From an uncultured Chloroflexia bacterium (GTDB lineage Bacteria > Chloroflexota > Limnocylindria > Limnocylindrales > CSP1-4): 64,000 nt of DNA. The notes beneath the pieces were generated by a model, which was not told the origin of the DNA, made no database searches, and worked only from the letters and a program-made list of their open reading frames with translations. The stretch lies in assembly GCA_963727585.1 (NCBI GenBank), contig CAVSHH010000003.1:2218772-2282771 (forward strand), in the 5' to 3' direction. Each line of letters opens with the position of its first letter. Positions within the stretch are counted from its first letter, which is position 1. The position numbers and the translations under genes were made by a program. Of this stretch, positions 38,654-49,471 are shown in pieces.

Positions 38654-39853
38654 ATGGCGCAGACCCTCGACGAGATCCTGGCCAGAGCAGCCCAAACCCA
38701 CGTGCCGCGCAGGAGCTTCCTGGCCGCCGCCGGGCTCCTCGGCGGCAGCGCTGCGCTGGCGGCCTGCGGGGGCGGCAGCGCGACCAGCGCTCCAGCCTCG
38801 GGCGGCGCGTCCGCGGCGGCTCCCAGCTCCGGCGGCGGCGAGTCGATGGCGCCGGCGGGCGACGTCGAGAAGCAGCTCTACATGTACAACTGGTCGGACT
38901 ACGTCAGCCCCGACAACATGGCGAAGTTCCAGGAGCAGTTCGGGGTCGAGCAGTTCCAGTACGACACGTTCGCCAACAACGAGGAACTGCTGGCCAAGAT
39001 GCAGGCCGGCGCGTCGGGCTACGACATCGCGGCTCCGACGGCGGAGTACGTCCCGGCCATGGTCGAGGGCGGCTACATCCAGAAGCTCGACTGGAGCCGC
39101 ATCCCCAACGCGCAGTACATCAACCCCGCGTTCAAGGGGCAGCACTGGGACCCCAACGACGAGTGGCAGCTGCCCAAGGACTTCGGTACCACCGGGATCC
39201 TCTACCGCAGCAAGCTCGTCAGCGAGCCGGTCAACTCGTGGCAGGACTTCCTCGATCTCGCCAAGGGCAAGTACTCGGGCAAGGTCGTGGTCGTGGACTC
39301 GATGGGCGACGCGTTCGTCATGCCGCTCAAGATGCTGGGCAAGAGCCTCAACTCGGTCGAGAAGGAGGACCTGGACCAGGCCCGTGAGATCCTGCTCGAC
39401 CTGGCTCCCCACATCCTCGCCCTCGACTCCGACACGTACCAGGACAAGCTCGCCTCCGAGGAGGCGGCGCTGTGCCTCGGCTGGACGGGCCCGATCGTGG
39501 AGCTGCGCGCAGATCCCGCCACGGCCGATATCCGGTACGTGGTCCCCAGCGAGGGCTCGCTGTACTGGCTCGACACCTGGGTGCTGGTCGCCGAGGCTCC
39601 CAACCCGAACGCGGCCTACGCGTTCCTCAACTTCATCCAGGAGCCGGAGGTCCAGGCCGAGGAGACGAACTTCAACGGCTACGGAACCCCCAACGACGAG
39701 GCCAAGAAGTACATCGATCCCGCCGTCCTCGCCGACCCGGCGATCTTCCCGCCCGACGAGGTCATGGCGAACCTCGAGGGCGCGGTGGACACGTCGGGCA
39801 ACGAGCAGCGGATCGACATCTGGCAGGAGTTCAAGTCCAAGATCGGCGGCTAG
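38654..39853 (+). CDS. potD: spermidine/putrescine ABC transporter substrate-binding lipoprotein
   Basis: GGAGGAGAG Shine-Dalgarno. Tat-like RRSFLAAAGLLGG plus lipobox LAACGG. PotD/PotF family fold (YMYNWSDYVSP ...). Confidence 0.85.
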   Translation: MAQTLDEILARAAQTHVPRRSFLAAAGLLGGSAALAACGGGSATSAPASGGASAAAPSSGGGESMAPAGDVEKQLYMYNWSDYVSPDNMAKFQEQFGVEQFQYDTFANNEELLAKMQAGASGYDIAAPTAEYVPAMVEGGYIQKLDWSRIPNAQYINPAFKGQHWDPNDEWQLPKDFGTTGILYRSKLVSEPVNSWQDFLDLAKGKYSGKVVVVDSMGDAFVMPLKMLGKSLNSVEKEDLDQAREILLDLAPHILALDSDTYQDKLASEEAALCLGWTGPIVELRADPATADIRYVVPSEGSLYWLDTWVLVAEAPNPNAAYAFLNFIQEPEVQAEETNFNGYGTPNDEAKKYIDPAVLADPAIFPPDEVMANLEGAVDTSGNEQRIDIWQEFKSKIGG

Positions 39854-39880
39854 CCGCGCGACGGACGGACGAATCGACCG

Positions 39881-40795
39881 ATGGCAGCGGCGACCACCAG
39901 CGCGGGCTCAAGCCCCGCAGGAACCACCGGGCGGCGCGGTGCCTCCGCGCTCCTGACCACGGTGCTGATCGCACCGGCGGGGCTGTGGTACCTGATCCTG
40001 CTCGTGGCGCCGCTGGCCATCGTGCTCGTGTTCAGCTTCGGCGTCCGCGCTTCCAACGGGGGCTATCAGCCGGCGTTCACTCTCGACAACTACGAGCGGC
40101 TCCTCACGCAGCCCCAGCGCCTGGCGCCGTTCATCACGTCGCTGTGGATGGCGATCGCGGGCACGATCGGCTGCCTGCTCGTCGGCCTGCCGCTCGCCTA
40201 CTTCATGGCCACGCGCGCCGGCCGCCGGAAGGGCCTGTTCGTCCTGCTGCTGGTGATCCCGTTCTGGACGAGCTTCCTCATCCGCACCTACTCCTGGCTC
40301 ATCATCCTGGGCAGGGAGAACATCGGCGGCTTCCTGGGGACGCTGGTCGGTGACCCGGACTTCCGGATCCTCGGCACGCCCCTGGCGGTGCTGCTGGGCC
40401 TCGTCTACGGCTACCTGCCGCTGATGGTGTTCCCGCTCTACGTGACGCTCGAGAAGATGGATCGGACGCTGGTAGAGGCATCCAAGGACCTGGGTGCAGC
40501 GCGCTGGGCGACGTTCCGCCAGATCACGCTGCCGATCGCCCTGCCCGGTCTGATCACCGGCAGCATCCTGGTGTTCATCCCGATGATGGGCGAATACGTG
40601 ATCCCGGCCATCCTGGGCTACGGCCGCACGTTCCTCGCCGGCAACGCGCTCGTCGACGCGTTCATCCAGACACGCAACTGGCCGTTCGGGTCGGCGATGG
40701 CCGTGGGACTCATCGTGATCATGCTCGCCAGCGTCACGTTCTACATCTGGTTCATGAACCGCGGATCCCAGGGACGCGAGGTGAGCGTCCTGTGA
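39881..40795 (+). CDS. potB: spermidine/putrescine ABC transporter permease
   Basis: BPD_transp_1 permease with the EAA-like motif (EASKDLGAARWATFRQITLP). Confidence 0.85.
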   Translation: MAAATTSAGSSPAGTTGRRGASALLTTVLIAPAGLWYLILLVAPLAIVLVFSFGVRASNGGYQPAFTLDNYERLLTQPQRLAPFITSLWMAIAGTIGCLLVGLPLAYFMATRAGRRKGLFVLLLVIPFWTSFLIRTYSWLIILGRENIGGFLGTLVGDPDFRILGTPLAVLLGLVYGYLPLMVFPLYVTLEKMDRTLVEASKDLGAARWATFRQITLPIALPGLITGSILVFIPMMGEYVIPAILGYGRTFLAGNALVDAFIQTRNWPFGSAMAVGLIVIMLASVTFYIWFMNRGSQGREVSVL

Positions 40796-41724
40796 GCGCC
40801 CCCGCCGTCCCGGCCGCCGCCGCCGCCGTCGGCAAGCCGAGGCCCAGGATCAGCATCGACCGCTCGTCCGCGGCGGTCGAGGTCTGGCTGCGCGCCCATA
40901 CGACGCTCGTGTACGCCTTCCTCTACCTGCCGATCGTGGTCGTCGTCATCTTCAGCTTCAACGCCAACCGGCTGGCCACGATCTGGACCGGGTTCTCGCT
41001 CCACTGGTACGACGTGGCGCTTCACGACCGGGTCGTGCTCAGCGCGCTCACCAACAGCTTCCAGGTGGCGCTGCCCAATGCGATCCTGGCGACGCTGTTC
41101 GGCACGATGGCGGCCCTCGGCCTGCAACGGGTGCCCAAGCGGCTGCGGATCGGATTCGACGCGCTCACCTACATCTCCATCATCGTGCCGGAGATCGTGA
41201 TCGCGCTGTCCACGCTGGTGCTGTTCGCAACCAGCTTCGGGTGGATCAACGACGTCACGGGCATGCGGCTCAACCTGGGTATCCCCACCATCGTGGCCGC
41301 CCACATGCTGTTCAACATCAGCATCGTGCTGCTGCTGGTGCGAGCGCGGCTCACAGGCATGGACCGCACCCTGGTTGAGGCGTCGTTCGACCTCTACGCG
41401 ACGCCGTGGCGGACATTCCGCCAGGTCACGTTCCCCCAGCTGGTGCCGGCGATCGTGGCCGGGTTCCTGCTCGCGTTCACGTTCAGCTTCGACGACTACG
41501 TGATCACGTCGTTCGTTTCGGGACCGGGATCGTCCACGCTGCCGGTATTCATCTTCGGCCAGGTGAAGCGCGGGGTGACCCCGGAGACCAACGCGGTCGC
41601 GACGATGATGCTGCTGGTGACCCTGGCGATGCTGGCGCTGGGCCAGCTCGCGCTGGGCTGGTCGGCACGCCGCAGCGGTGGCGGGAGCGGCGCCAACATG
41701 GCCCAGATGATCGCGGAGCGGTAG
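40792..41724 (+). CDS. potC: spermidine/putrescine ABC transporter permease
   Basis: ATGA overlap with potB. Has the EAA motif (EASFDLYATPWRTFRQVTFP). Confidence 0.85.
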   Translation: MSAPAVPAAAAAVGKPRPRISIDRSSAAVEVWLRAHTTLVYAFLYLPIVVVVIFSFNANRLATIWTGFSLHWYDVALHDRVVLSALTNSFQVALPNAILATLFGTMAALGLQRVPKRLRIGFDALTYISIIVPEIVIALSTLVLFATSFGWINDVTGMRLNLGIPTIVAAHMLFNISIVLLLVRARLTGMDRTLVEASFDLYATPWRTFRQVTFPQLVPAIVAGFLLAFTFSFDDYVITSFVSGPGSSTLPVFIFGQVKRGVTPETNAVATMMLLVTLAMLALGQLALGWSARRSGGGSGANMAQMIAER

Positions 41725-41782
41725 CCGCAGAGCGATTCGGCGACCGCTGTTCTCCTTCGTCCGGACCCGTCCGGCGACCAGG

Positions 41783-42964
41783 TCAGGCGGTCACCGGCTC
41801 CGGCAGCCCCGCATCGGCGGCCATCGCCGCCGCCAGGTCGGTGCGCTCCCAGGGCAGGTCGAGGTCGTCGCGGCCGAAATGGCCGTAGGCGGCGGTCTGG
41901 CGGTAGATCGGGCGGAGCAGGTCGAGGTCGCGGATGATCGAGGCGGGCCGGAGGTCGAAGTGCCGGCCGACCAGCTCGAGGATCCGCCCGTCGTCGATTC
42001 GTCCGGTCCCGAACGAGTCCACGGACACCGACAGCGGCTCGGGGATGCCGATCCCGTAGGCGAGCTCCAGCTCGAACCGGTCGGCGAGACCGGCGGCAAC
42101 GACGTTCTTGGCCACCCAACGGGCCGCGTAGGCCGCGGACCGGTCGACCTTGGTCGGATCCTTGCCGGAGAACGCCCCGCCTCCGTGGCGGGCCATGCCG
42201 CCGTAGGTGTCCACGATGATCTTGCGACCCGTCAAGCCGGCATCGCCCATCGGGCCGCCGGTCACGAACCGGCCGGTGGGATTGACGTGGATCACGGGAT
42301 CCCGGGGACGGAGGTGCGGCGGGATCGTGGGCAGGATCACCGTTTCGATCAGGTCGTCCCGGATGTGGGCCTCAGCGCCGGGGTCGTGCTGGGACGAGAC
42401 CACGACCGTCCGCACCTGCACCGGCATGCCGTTCTCGTACTCCACGGTGACCTGCGTCTTGCCGTCGGGCCGCAGGTACGGAAGCGTGCCGATCTTGCGC
42501 ACGGTGGCCAGCTGGCGGGCCAGGCGGTGTGCAAGCGCGATCGGGAGCGGCATCAGCTCCGGGGTCTCGCGGCACGCGAACCCGAACATCATGCCCTGGT
42601 CGCCGGCCCCCAGCTCCTCGTCCCGATCCACGCCCTGGGCGATGTCGTGGCTCTGCTCCTTGACCGAGACCATGGTCCCGCAGGTCTCGTAGTCGAACCC
42701 GTACTCCGCCTTGGTGTAGCCGATGTCGCGGACCGTGTCGCGCACGATGTTCTGGAACTCGACGTAGGTCGAGGTGGTGATCTCGCCGAACACGAGCACC
42801 AGGCCCGTCGTCGTCGACGTCTCGCAGGCCACGCGGGCCCGGGTATCGACGGCGAGGATGCTGTCGAGGATCGCGTCCGAGATCTGGTCGCACATCTTGT
42901 CGGGATGGCCTTCGGTGACCGACTCGGAGGTGAACAGGTACTGGGACGCGTCGAGGATGCTCAT
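41783..42964 (-). CDS. metK: S-adenosylmethionine synthetase
   Basis: MAT signature sequences are present ([17 protein letters not shown] ... [12 protein letters not shown] ... [16 protein letters not shown]). ATG at 42964 with a GGAG Shine-Dalgarno. Confidence 0.95.
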   Translation of the reverse strand: MSILDASQYLFTSESVTEGHPDKMCDQISDAILDSILAVDTRARVACETSTTTGLVLVFGEITTSTYVEFQNIVRDTVRDIGYTKAEYGFDYETCGTMVSVKEQSHDIAQGVDRDEELGAGDQGMMFGFACRETPELMPLPIALAHRLARQLATVRKIGTLPYLRPDGKTQVTVEYENGMPVQVRTVVVSSQHDPGAEAHIRDDLIETVILPTIPPHLRPRDPVIHVNPTGRFVTGGPMGDAGLTGRKIIVDTYGGMARHGGGAFSGKDPTKVDRSAAYAARWVAKNVVAAGLADRFELELAYGIGIPEPLSVSVDSFGTGRIDDGRILELVGRHFDLRPASIIRDLDLLRPIYRQTAAYGHFGRDDLDLPWERTDLAAAMAADAGLPEPVTA

Positions 42965-43001
42965 GGATCTCCGCGCTGAAGGCAGGTCCGGCGAGAGTAT
43001 C

Positions 43002-43045
43002 ACCGGTCCGATCCGGGCCGATCCGGGCCGATCCGGGCCGGTCTG
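43002..43045. repeat. decamer tandem repeat (GATCCGGGCC x about 3.5) in the metK leader
   Basis: Read directly: tccgatccgggccgatccgggccgatccgggccggtctgggcc. Confidence 0.6.
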
Positions 43046-43096
43046 GGCCAGGCGCCGGTGCCCGGGCAGGCGACCGCGGCCGGGAGCGGGTGCCAG

Positions 43097-45097
43097 CTAG
43101 GCCAGCCCCGGCATCTCGAGCTGTGGCAGGTCCGGGTCGGCCGGGGTGAACCCGAACACACGGCCCAGGAACGCGAGCTCGGCCCGGTAGGTTGCCCGCT
43201 TCGTCTCCGCCTTCCGGAACCCGTGGCCCTCGCCCTCGAAGGTCATCGCGACGTGGGGAAGGCCGTGTGCCGCGAACTCCGCCACCATCACGTCGAGCTG
43301 CGACGGCGGCACGACGCGGTCCTCGAGCCCCTGGAAGACGAGCACCGGCGCCCGCACCCGGTCGAGGAAGTGGATCGGCGAACGGTCGTGGAACACTCGC
43401 CGCCCCTCCTCGGTCCAGGGCGCGAGGAGCCCCTCGTCGTAGCGCGACTCGAACTTGTGGCCGTCGGCGTGGATCAGGGCGAGGTCGGCGATCCCGAAGT
43501 GGCTGATCCCGGCGGCGAACACCTCGGGCCGGAACACGAGGGCCGCCAGCGTCGTGTAGCCGCCCGCGCTGCCACCCCGGATCGCCATCCGGTCCGGATC
43601 AACGTCGCCGCGCTCCACGAGAAAGGAGGCGGCGGCGATGCAGTCCTCGACGTCGGCGATCCCCCACGTGCCCTTGAGCGCGTCGCGGTACGGGCGCCCA
43701 TAACCGGTGGACCCTCGGTAGTCCACGTCCACGACGGCGATCCCGCGCGAGGTGAAGAACGCCCGGTCGAGCGACAGCGCCGATGAGGCGGCACCAGTGG
43801 GACCGCCGTGACATAGCACGAGCAGCGGCGGGCGCTCCCCGTCGGGACCGTGGCAGGCACCGTTGCGGGGCGGATAGAACAGGGCGCGGGCGGTCGCCCC
43901 GTCCCCGGTCGGGAACGTGATCGGCTCGGCCACGGGCAGCATGGTGTCGTCGAGGGCGATTGAGATCGACCGGGCGAGCACGCCGCGCGTTGCGCCGGAA
44001 CCCGGATCCAAGCGGACCACGGCCGCCCCGGTGGTGGGTCCCGCAGCCAGCGCGATGGCGTCGGCTCCGGCCACGCGGAGCCGGCCGATCTCCGACCACG
44101 GTGACTCGAGATGGGTCACCACGCCGTCGGGCCCGATCCGGACGAGGCGGTCCCGGCCCTCCGCGCGGAACACCACGAGCAGCGAACGATCCTCCAGGAA
44201 GCCGTACGTCGACTCGCCGAACACCCAGGCGGGGTGGGCGGCCTCGGCGGCCATCGGGGCCAGGTTGCGGCCCGCACCGCCGGGGCTCCCGGGCTCGTCG
44301 AACGCGTACACGTTCCACCAGCCGGTCTCGTCGGACACCGCGTGGAGCACCCCTTCGGGGCTCCAGGCAGGTTCGACCACGCTGGTCTCGGGGCCGCCGG
44401 CGACCGTCATCGGTTCGGCGAGCGCACCGTCCCGGTCCAGCGAGGCGAGGCGAAGCCGGGTCGCATCCCATGACATCGCCGGCTGATCCCACTCGATCCA
44501 GGCCAGCTGCCGCCCGTCCGGGGAGGGACGCGGAGCGGCCACGAAGTCGGGGCCCGACACCAGCACTCGCCCGGCTCCGTCGGACCCGTCGAGCGCCAGC
44601 GCGACCAGCTCGTTGACCACCAGCAGCGGATCGTCCGGGTGCTCGCTGTCATGCGTCTCCCGCACCGCATACAGGCGCGGCCGCACGGGATCGAAGGTCA
44701 GATCCGCGTACCGCCAGCCGCCTGCCGGGGTCAGCGGCACCGGCTCGGCAGCCCCGTCGGGATCCAGCCGCCACAGGCGTCCGTCGGTCTGCGACGACAC
44801 CACGACCCGGCCGGCATCGACCGCGAACGAGCCACCCCCGTACTCGTGCACCCGGTTGCCGACCCGGAACGGAACCGGGGTCAGCTCGGTCGTGCGGCCG
44901 TCGAGCTGGTGGCGCAGCAGCGTCCGGCGACCGCCCTCGGCAGATCGACCCTCGAGCCAGTAGGCATCCTCGCCGTCGAGCCACGGCTCGGCGAGCGAGA
45001 CGGTGCCGCCCGCCACGAGCTCGATCTGGATCGGCGACACCCAGCTGCCGTACGGCGCGACATCCCCCAGGCCCTCCTCCCCGAGCTCCCTGCGCAT
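43097..45097 (-). CDS. S9 family serine peptidase (prolyl oligopeptidase / acylaminoacyl-peptidase-like)
   Basis: N-terminal beta-propeller and a C-terminal alpha/beta hydrolase with the catalytic serine motif GGSAGGY, plus Asp and His downstream. Confidence 0.85.
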   Translation of the reverse strand: MRRELGEEGLGDVAPYGSWVSPIQIELVAGGTVSLAEPWLDGEDAYWLEGRSAEGGRRTLLRHQLDGRTTELTPVPFRVGNRVHEYGGGSFAVDAGRVVVSSQTDGRLWRLDPDGAAEPVPLTPAGGWRYADLTFDPVRPRLYAVRETHDSEHPDDPLLVVNELVALALDGSDGAGRVLVSGPDFVAAPRPSPDGRQLAWIEWDQPAMSWDATRLRLASLDRDGALAEPMTVAGGPETSVVEPAWSPEGVLHAVSDETGWWNVYAFDEPGSPGGAGRNLAPMAAEAAHPAWVFGESTYGFLEDRSLLVVFRAEGRDRLVRIGPDGVVTHLESPWSEIGRLRVAGADAIALAAGPTTGAAVVRLDPGSGATRGVLARSISIALDDTMLPVAEPITFPTGDGATARALFYPPRNGACHGPDGERPPLLVLCHGGPTGAASSALSLDRAFFTSRGIAVVDVDYRGSTGYGRPYRDALKGTWGIADVEDCIAAASFLVERGDVDPDRMAIRGGSAGGYTTLAALVFRPEVFAAGISHFGIADLALIHADGHKFESRYDEGLLAPWTEEGRRVFHDRSPIHFLDRVRAPVLVFQGLEDRVVPPSQLDVMVAEFAAHGLPHVAMTFEGEGHGFRKAETKRATYRAELAFLGRVFGFTPADPDLPQLEMPGLA

Positions 45098-45099
45098 GC

Positions 45100-46377
45100 C
45101 TAGGTTCCGTGCTGCCAGGAGGACACGTAGTCCAGCTGCTCGGGCGTCATCGGATCGAGGGTGATCCCCATCGCCGCGAGCTTGAGGCGGGCCACGTCGG
45201 CATCGATCGCCTCGGGCACGGTGTACACCCGCGGCTCGAGCTCGGCGTGATGCTTGACCGCGTACTCCGCGGCCAGCGCCTGGTTGGCGAAGCTCATGTC
45301 CATCACGGCCGCCGGATGCCCCTCGGCCGCGCCCAGGTTGACCAGCCGCCCCTCCGCCACGAGGTTCAGCCGCTTGCCGCCCAGGTCGAACTCCTGGACG
45401 TTCGGACGCACCTCCCGAATGTGGCCCTCGGCCATCTGGCGCAGCGCCGGGAGGTCGAGCTCCGCGTCGAAATGGCCGCTGTTGGCCATGGTCGCTCCGT
45501 CCCGCATCTGGGCGAAGTGCTCACGGCGGAACACGTTGATGTTGCCGGTGGCCGTGACGAACACGTCGCCCCAGGGCGCCGCATCGCCCGCGGTCATCAC
45601 CTGGTAGCCGTCCATGAGCGCCTCGATGGCGCGCACCGGGTTCACCTCCACGACCGCGACGTGGGCGCCGTGACCCGACATCCGGGAGGCGATGCCGCGA
45701 CCCACCCAGCCATAGCCGGCGATCACGACGTTCCGCCCGGCGAGCAGCAGGTTCGTCGCCCGGAGCAGGCCGTCGATGGTCGACTGGCCGGTGCCGTAGC
45801 GATTGTCGAACAGGTGCTTGGTCTCGGCCTCGTTGACGGCGATGACCGGGAAGGCCAGCGCCCCGTCGGCCGCCATCGCGCGCAGCCGGATGACGCCGGT
45901 CGTGGTCTCCTCCGTCCCGGCGAGCACCTCCGGCAGCTGGTCACGGCGCTCCCGGTGGAGCAGCGTGACCAGGTCGCAGCCGTCGTCCATGGTCAGCTGC
46001 GGATGGGTGTCGGCGACGGTGCGCAGATGGGTGTAATAGGTGTCGTTGTCCTCGCCACGGCGGGCATAGACGGAGATCCCATACGCGCTCACCAGGGCCG
46101 CGGCTGTCCAATCCTGGGTCGACAGTGGGTTGGAGGCGGCGAGGTGGACGGCGGCGCCCCCGGCGGCAAGCGTCCGCATCAGGTTCGCAGTCTCGGTGGT
46201 GACGTGCAGGCAGGCGCCGATCCGGATCCCGGCCAGCGGTCGCTCCCGCTCGAAGCGCTCCCGGATCAGGCGCAGGACCGGCATCTCCTTCTCGGCCCAC
46301 TCGATCCGCCGGACCCCCTCCTCGGACAGCGAGAGGTCGGTGACGTCGTGCGGGAGGTGGCTGGTGGCATCGGTCAT
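45100..46377 (-). CDS. ahcY: adenosylhomocysteinase
   Basis: SAHH motifs are present, including the NAD-binding Rossmann [13 protein letters not shown] at 46377 with an AGGAG Shine-Dalgarno. Confidence 0.95.
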   Translation of the reverse strand: MTDATSHLPHDVTDLSLSEEGVRRIEWAEKEMPVLRLIRERFERERPLAGIRIGACLHVTTETANLMRTLAAGGAAVHLAASNPLSTQDWTAAALVSAYGISVYARRGEDNDTYYTHLRTVADTHPQLTMDDGCDLVTLLHRERRDQLPEVLAGTEETTTGVIRLRAMAADGALAFPVIAVNEAETKHLFDNRYGTGQSTIDGLLRATNLLLAGRNVVIAGYGWVGRGIASRMSGHGAHVAVVEVNPVRAIEALMDGYQVMTAGDAAPWGDVFVTATGNINVFRREHFAQMRDGATMANSGHFDAELDLPALRQMAEGHIREVRPNVQEFDLGGKRLNLVAEGRLVNLGAAEGHPAAVMDMSFANQALAAEYAVKHHAELEPRVYTVPEAIDADVARLKLAAMGITLDPMTPEQLDYVSSWQHGT

Positions 46378-47384
46378 GTGGGCTCCTGTGGGCTGGGCTC
46401 GACGGGCGCGCTGGGCGCATCGGGCGCGTCCGGGCCGGGCGGATGGCCGGCGGGCGATGGCTGGGATGGGTAGCTGGGCGGTGTCACCGGATGGGCCTGG
46501 TCGGTTCCCGGGAGCGCCGGCGAGGCTGATCGCCACGAGGCGAACAGCCGCCGGAACGGCGCGGCGAGATCCGGCCAGGCGGGCGTGGTGCGGCGGGCGA
46601 GGCGCTCCTCGAACCGGCAATGCTCACGGTAGCCCAGCCGGCGATAGGCGGCGATCGCAGGCGGGTTGTCGGCGCGCACGTTGAGCACGACCTGGTCGCA
46701 CGACCGCAGCAGCTCGGCCGTCACGGCGGAGGTGACGGCCTTGGCATGGCCGCGGCCCCGGTGCTCCACGTGGGTGAGCACGTTGCCCACCACGGCGAGC
46801 CCCGCCTCGCGCCCGATGACATGGGTCCCGGCCGCGGCCACCAGACGCCCGTTGACGCGGATGCCGTAGTAGACGCCCTCGGCCACCGCGGACGACGGCA
46901 GCCACGCCGCAAACCCCAGCTGGTACAGGCGGTTGAGGTCGTGGGCGTCCACAGGCAGGAGGCGCTCCACCCGGGCCATCGCCGGCTGGAAGGTGCTGCG
47001 GTCCACCCACATCCGGACCATCTCCGGGCCGGGCTCCACGCGGTAGTGCCGGCTGACCGCGGGCAGCGTCCCGGTCAGCGCGGCGACGTAGGCCACGCGC
47101 GGGCGGATCACGTCCTTGAGGATGGCGGCGATCCCGTCCGGCCGGCCCATCGCAAACACCGGCTGGGGAGTGATCCCGCTGTACTCGAGGACCACGGCCA
47201 CGACCTCGTCGTCCGCGGTGGCGACGCCCCAGCGCGTGCGGGAGAACTCGCGGTCGGAGAGGTCGCAGATCGCATACGCGGCGAACAGCCGGTCCCGCTC
47301 CAGGAACTCGCGCAGGAGGACCCGGTCGGTGGTGCTGCGGGTCGCGAGCCCGACTCGTGAGTCGACGGCGGTCGTCGCCATCAC
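46374..47384 (-). CDS. GNAT family N-acetyltransferase with N-terminal accessory domain
   Basis: C-terminal GNAT core ([16 protein letters not shown] ... [20 protein letters not shown]). ATGA overlaps at both ends (with the mtnA-like stop and with the ahcY start). Confidence 0.6.
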   Translation of the reverse strand: MMATTAVDSRVGLATRSTTDRVLLREFLERDRLFAAYAICDLSDREFSRTRWGVATADDEVVAVVLEYSGITPQPVFAMGRPDGIAAILKDVIRPRVAYVAALTGTLPAVSRHYRVEPGPEMVRMWVDRSTFQPAMARVERLLPVDAHDLNRLYQLGFAAWLPSSAVAEGVYYGIRVNGRLVAAAGTHVIGREAGLAVVGNVLTHVEHRGRGHAKAVTSAVTAELLRSCDQVVLNVRADNPPAIAAYRRLGYREHCRFEERLARRTTPAWPDLAAPFRRLFASWRSASPALPGTDQAHPVTPPSYPSQPSPAGHPPGPDAPDAPSAPVEPSPQEPT

Positions 47385-48778
47385 GCGGTCCCCTCCCGGG
47401 GGCGGTTGCGCATGGCGGCCACGTCGACCACGGGCCGGACCGCGGAGGACCCGGGCGCCGCCTCCCCGGCCTCGCCCGCTGCCGCCCCGGCAGCCTCACG
47501 CTGGGCCCGGAGCGCGGCGATCCCGGGCACGCCTTCCCGCCGCGCCATCGCCCGCTGGAGCGCCGTGGCGAGCGCCGGGCCAAAGGGCGCATGCAGCACC
47601 CCCTCCTCCGTGGCGATCGCCGTCACCAGGGCCGCCGGCACCACCTCCTGGAGCGGATTCCGGACCTGGGTGCCCTCGGCCATGACGCGAGTGTCGCCCA
47701 CCCGCATCACGAGCGTCGGACGGCCCTCCTCGATCGTGGCCTCACCCCCGTCCGCCACGCCAGGATCGACGCTGCTCGTCGGGGCGCACACCAGGAACGG
47801 GACGCCCGCCGCGGCGCAGGCCAGGGCCAGGGGATAGCCACCCGCGGTCAGCACCACGTCGCCGTTGGCCGCGACCCGGTCGGCCGCAACCAGGGCGGCG
47901 TCCACCTCGCCGGCCGCGATGCAGCCGGGGGCCGCACCGTCGGTCACCACGGCGTGGGGCACGCCGGCCTGGCGGAGCTCCCAGGCCGCGATCCGGGAAC
48001 CCTCGAACGCCGGCCGTCCCTCGGTCACCAGCGCGTGGATCGGGCGTCCCGCATGGTGGACGGTCTGGACGGCGGACAGCGCGGTGCCGAACTGGCCCCC
48101 GCCCATGGCACCCGAGCTGCCCGCCACCAGGACATGGATCGGGTCGGCCGGCCCGCCCGGCAGGGCGCCGACCAGGTGGCCCACGAGGCTGCCGTGATCG
48201 TCGACCGCTTCGCCGATGATCCGCTCCGCCTCGTCGTGGAGCGTCGCTGCCAGCACCTCGCCCGGCGTCTCGAGATCGGCCGCCTCGACGAGGGCGAGCA
48301 TCCGGTCCAGCGCCGCGGCGACGGCGGCGGAGCCGGGACGGGTGACCCGGAACGCGTTGGCGGCGCCGCGGATCGTCGCCCGTCGAGCATAGGCGCGCGA
48401 CGCGGCCGCCCGGGCGGCCACCAGGGCAAGGGTGACCGCCGCCACCTGCGCCTGGACAGCCGAGCCGACGAGCGCCCCGTCGCTGATTGCCCTGACCCCA
48501 TCCGAGGCGCTGCGGATCTCGATGTCCACCAGGGTGTCTGGCAGCCGCCGCTGGTCCACGATCCGGCACACGTCGCCATCCCAGCGGAACGGCGCGCGCC
48601 AGCCGGCAGTCGAGGCGTCCTGGGGGCCGCGCACCCCCGTGGTCAGCGTGTCGGAGCCGGCGATCGACACCCCAGCGGTGGCCGTCGGGCCGGCCGCTCC
48701 CAACAGCTCGCGGGCGGCCTGCGCGGAGGTCTCCTGGAGCGACTGCGCCGCGCCCATCACGGATCCCATCGACGTCAT
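47381..48778 (-). CDS. mtnA: S-methyl-5-thioribose-1-phosphate isomerase / eIF-2B alpha-beta-delta family protein
   Basis: MtnA/e2B motifs are present (FRWDGDVCRIVDQRRLPDTLVDIEI ... GALVGSAVQAQVAAVTLALVA ... VLVAGSSGAMGG). Start is uncertain: an ATG at 48778 or a GTG near 48846. The latter would add a segment with a Tat-like RRRFFRQFAG motif. Confidence 0.7.
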   Translation of the reverse strand: MTSMGSVMGAAQSLQETSAQAARELLGAAGPTATAGVSIAGSDTLTTGVRGPQDASTAGWRAPFRWDGDVCRIVDQRRLPDTLVDIEIRSASDGVRAISDGALVGSAVQAQVAAVTLALVAARAAASRAYARRATIRGAANAFRVTRPGSAAVAAALDRMLALVEAADLETPGEVLAATLHDEAERIIGEAVDDHGSLVGHLVGALPGGPADPIHVLVAGSSGAMGGGQFGTALSAVQTVHHAGRPIHALVTEGRPAFEGSRIAAWELRQAGVPHAVVTDGAAPGCIAAGEVDAALVAADRVAANGDVVLTAGGYPLALACAAAGVPFLVCAPTSSVDPGVADGGEATIEEGRPTLVMRVGDTRVMAEGTQVRNPLQEVVPAALVTAIATEEGVLHAPFGPALATALQRAMARREGVPGIAALRAQREAAGAAAGEAGEAAPGSSAVRPVVDVAAMRNRPREGTA

Positions 48779-48881
48779 GACATCGCCGGCAAACTGCCGG
48801 AAGAAGCGCCGGCGATCGGGGTCGGGAGGCTTGACTGGCTCGCTCACGATGGGGTCCGACGCGAGACCGCGCCTCGTCGCC

Positions 48882-49403
48882 TCAGTACTGGATGACGCTG
48901 GTGACCTTGCGGTCCTCGAGGCGTTCGCGCCCCTTGAGGAAGTCGAGCTCCACGAGGAAGGCCAGGCCCACGACCTCCCCCTTGAGCCGCTCGACGAGCT
49001 CGATCGTCCCGCGTACCGTGCCGCCGGTGGCAAGCAGGTCGTCGACGATCAGCACGCGCTGGCCGGGCGCGACGGCGTCGCGGTGGATCTCGAGGGTGTT
49101 GGAGCCGTACTCCAGGGCGTACTCGACGGTCAGCGTCTCGGCCGGCAGCTTGCCCAGCTTGCGGACCGGCACCAGGCCGGTACCCAGCTGGTAGGCCATG
49201 GGTGCCGAGAAGATGAACCCACGGGATTCCATGCCCACGACGAGGTCCACGCGCTCGTCCCGGTAGGGCTCGAGCATGAGGTCGATGGCCTCCTTGTAGG
49301 CGGCCGGGTCCTTGAGCAGCGTGGTGATGTCGTAGAACAGGATGCCGGGCTTCGGGAAGTCGGGGATCTCGCGGATCTTCGCGCGAAGCGTCTCGGCGGA
49401 CAT
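48882..49403 (-). CDS. apt: adenine phosphoribosyltransferase
   Basis: IPDFPKPGILFYDITTLL and the PRPP-binding loop (VLIVDDLLATGGT). 173 aa. GGAGG Shine-Dalgarno. Confidence 0.9.
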   Translation of the reverse strand: MSAETLRAKIREIPDFPKPGILFYDITTLLKDPAAYKEAIDLMLEPYRDERVDLVVGMESRGFIFSAPMAYQLGTGLVPVRKLGKLPAETLTVEYALEYGSNTLEIHRDAVAPGQRVLIVDDLLATGGTVRGTIELVERLKGEVVGLAFLVELDFLKGRERLEDRKVTSVIQY

Positions 49404-49471
49404 GGGGTTCGAGAACCTCCGGGGTGGTGGCGCGATGGCGGCGCCGAAGGGCGGTCGGGCGTGCCGGATCG

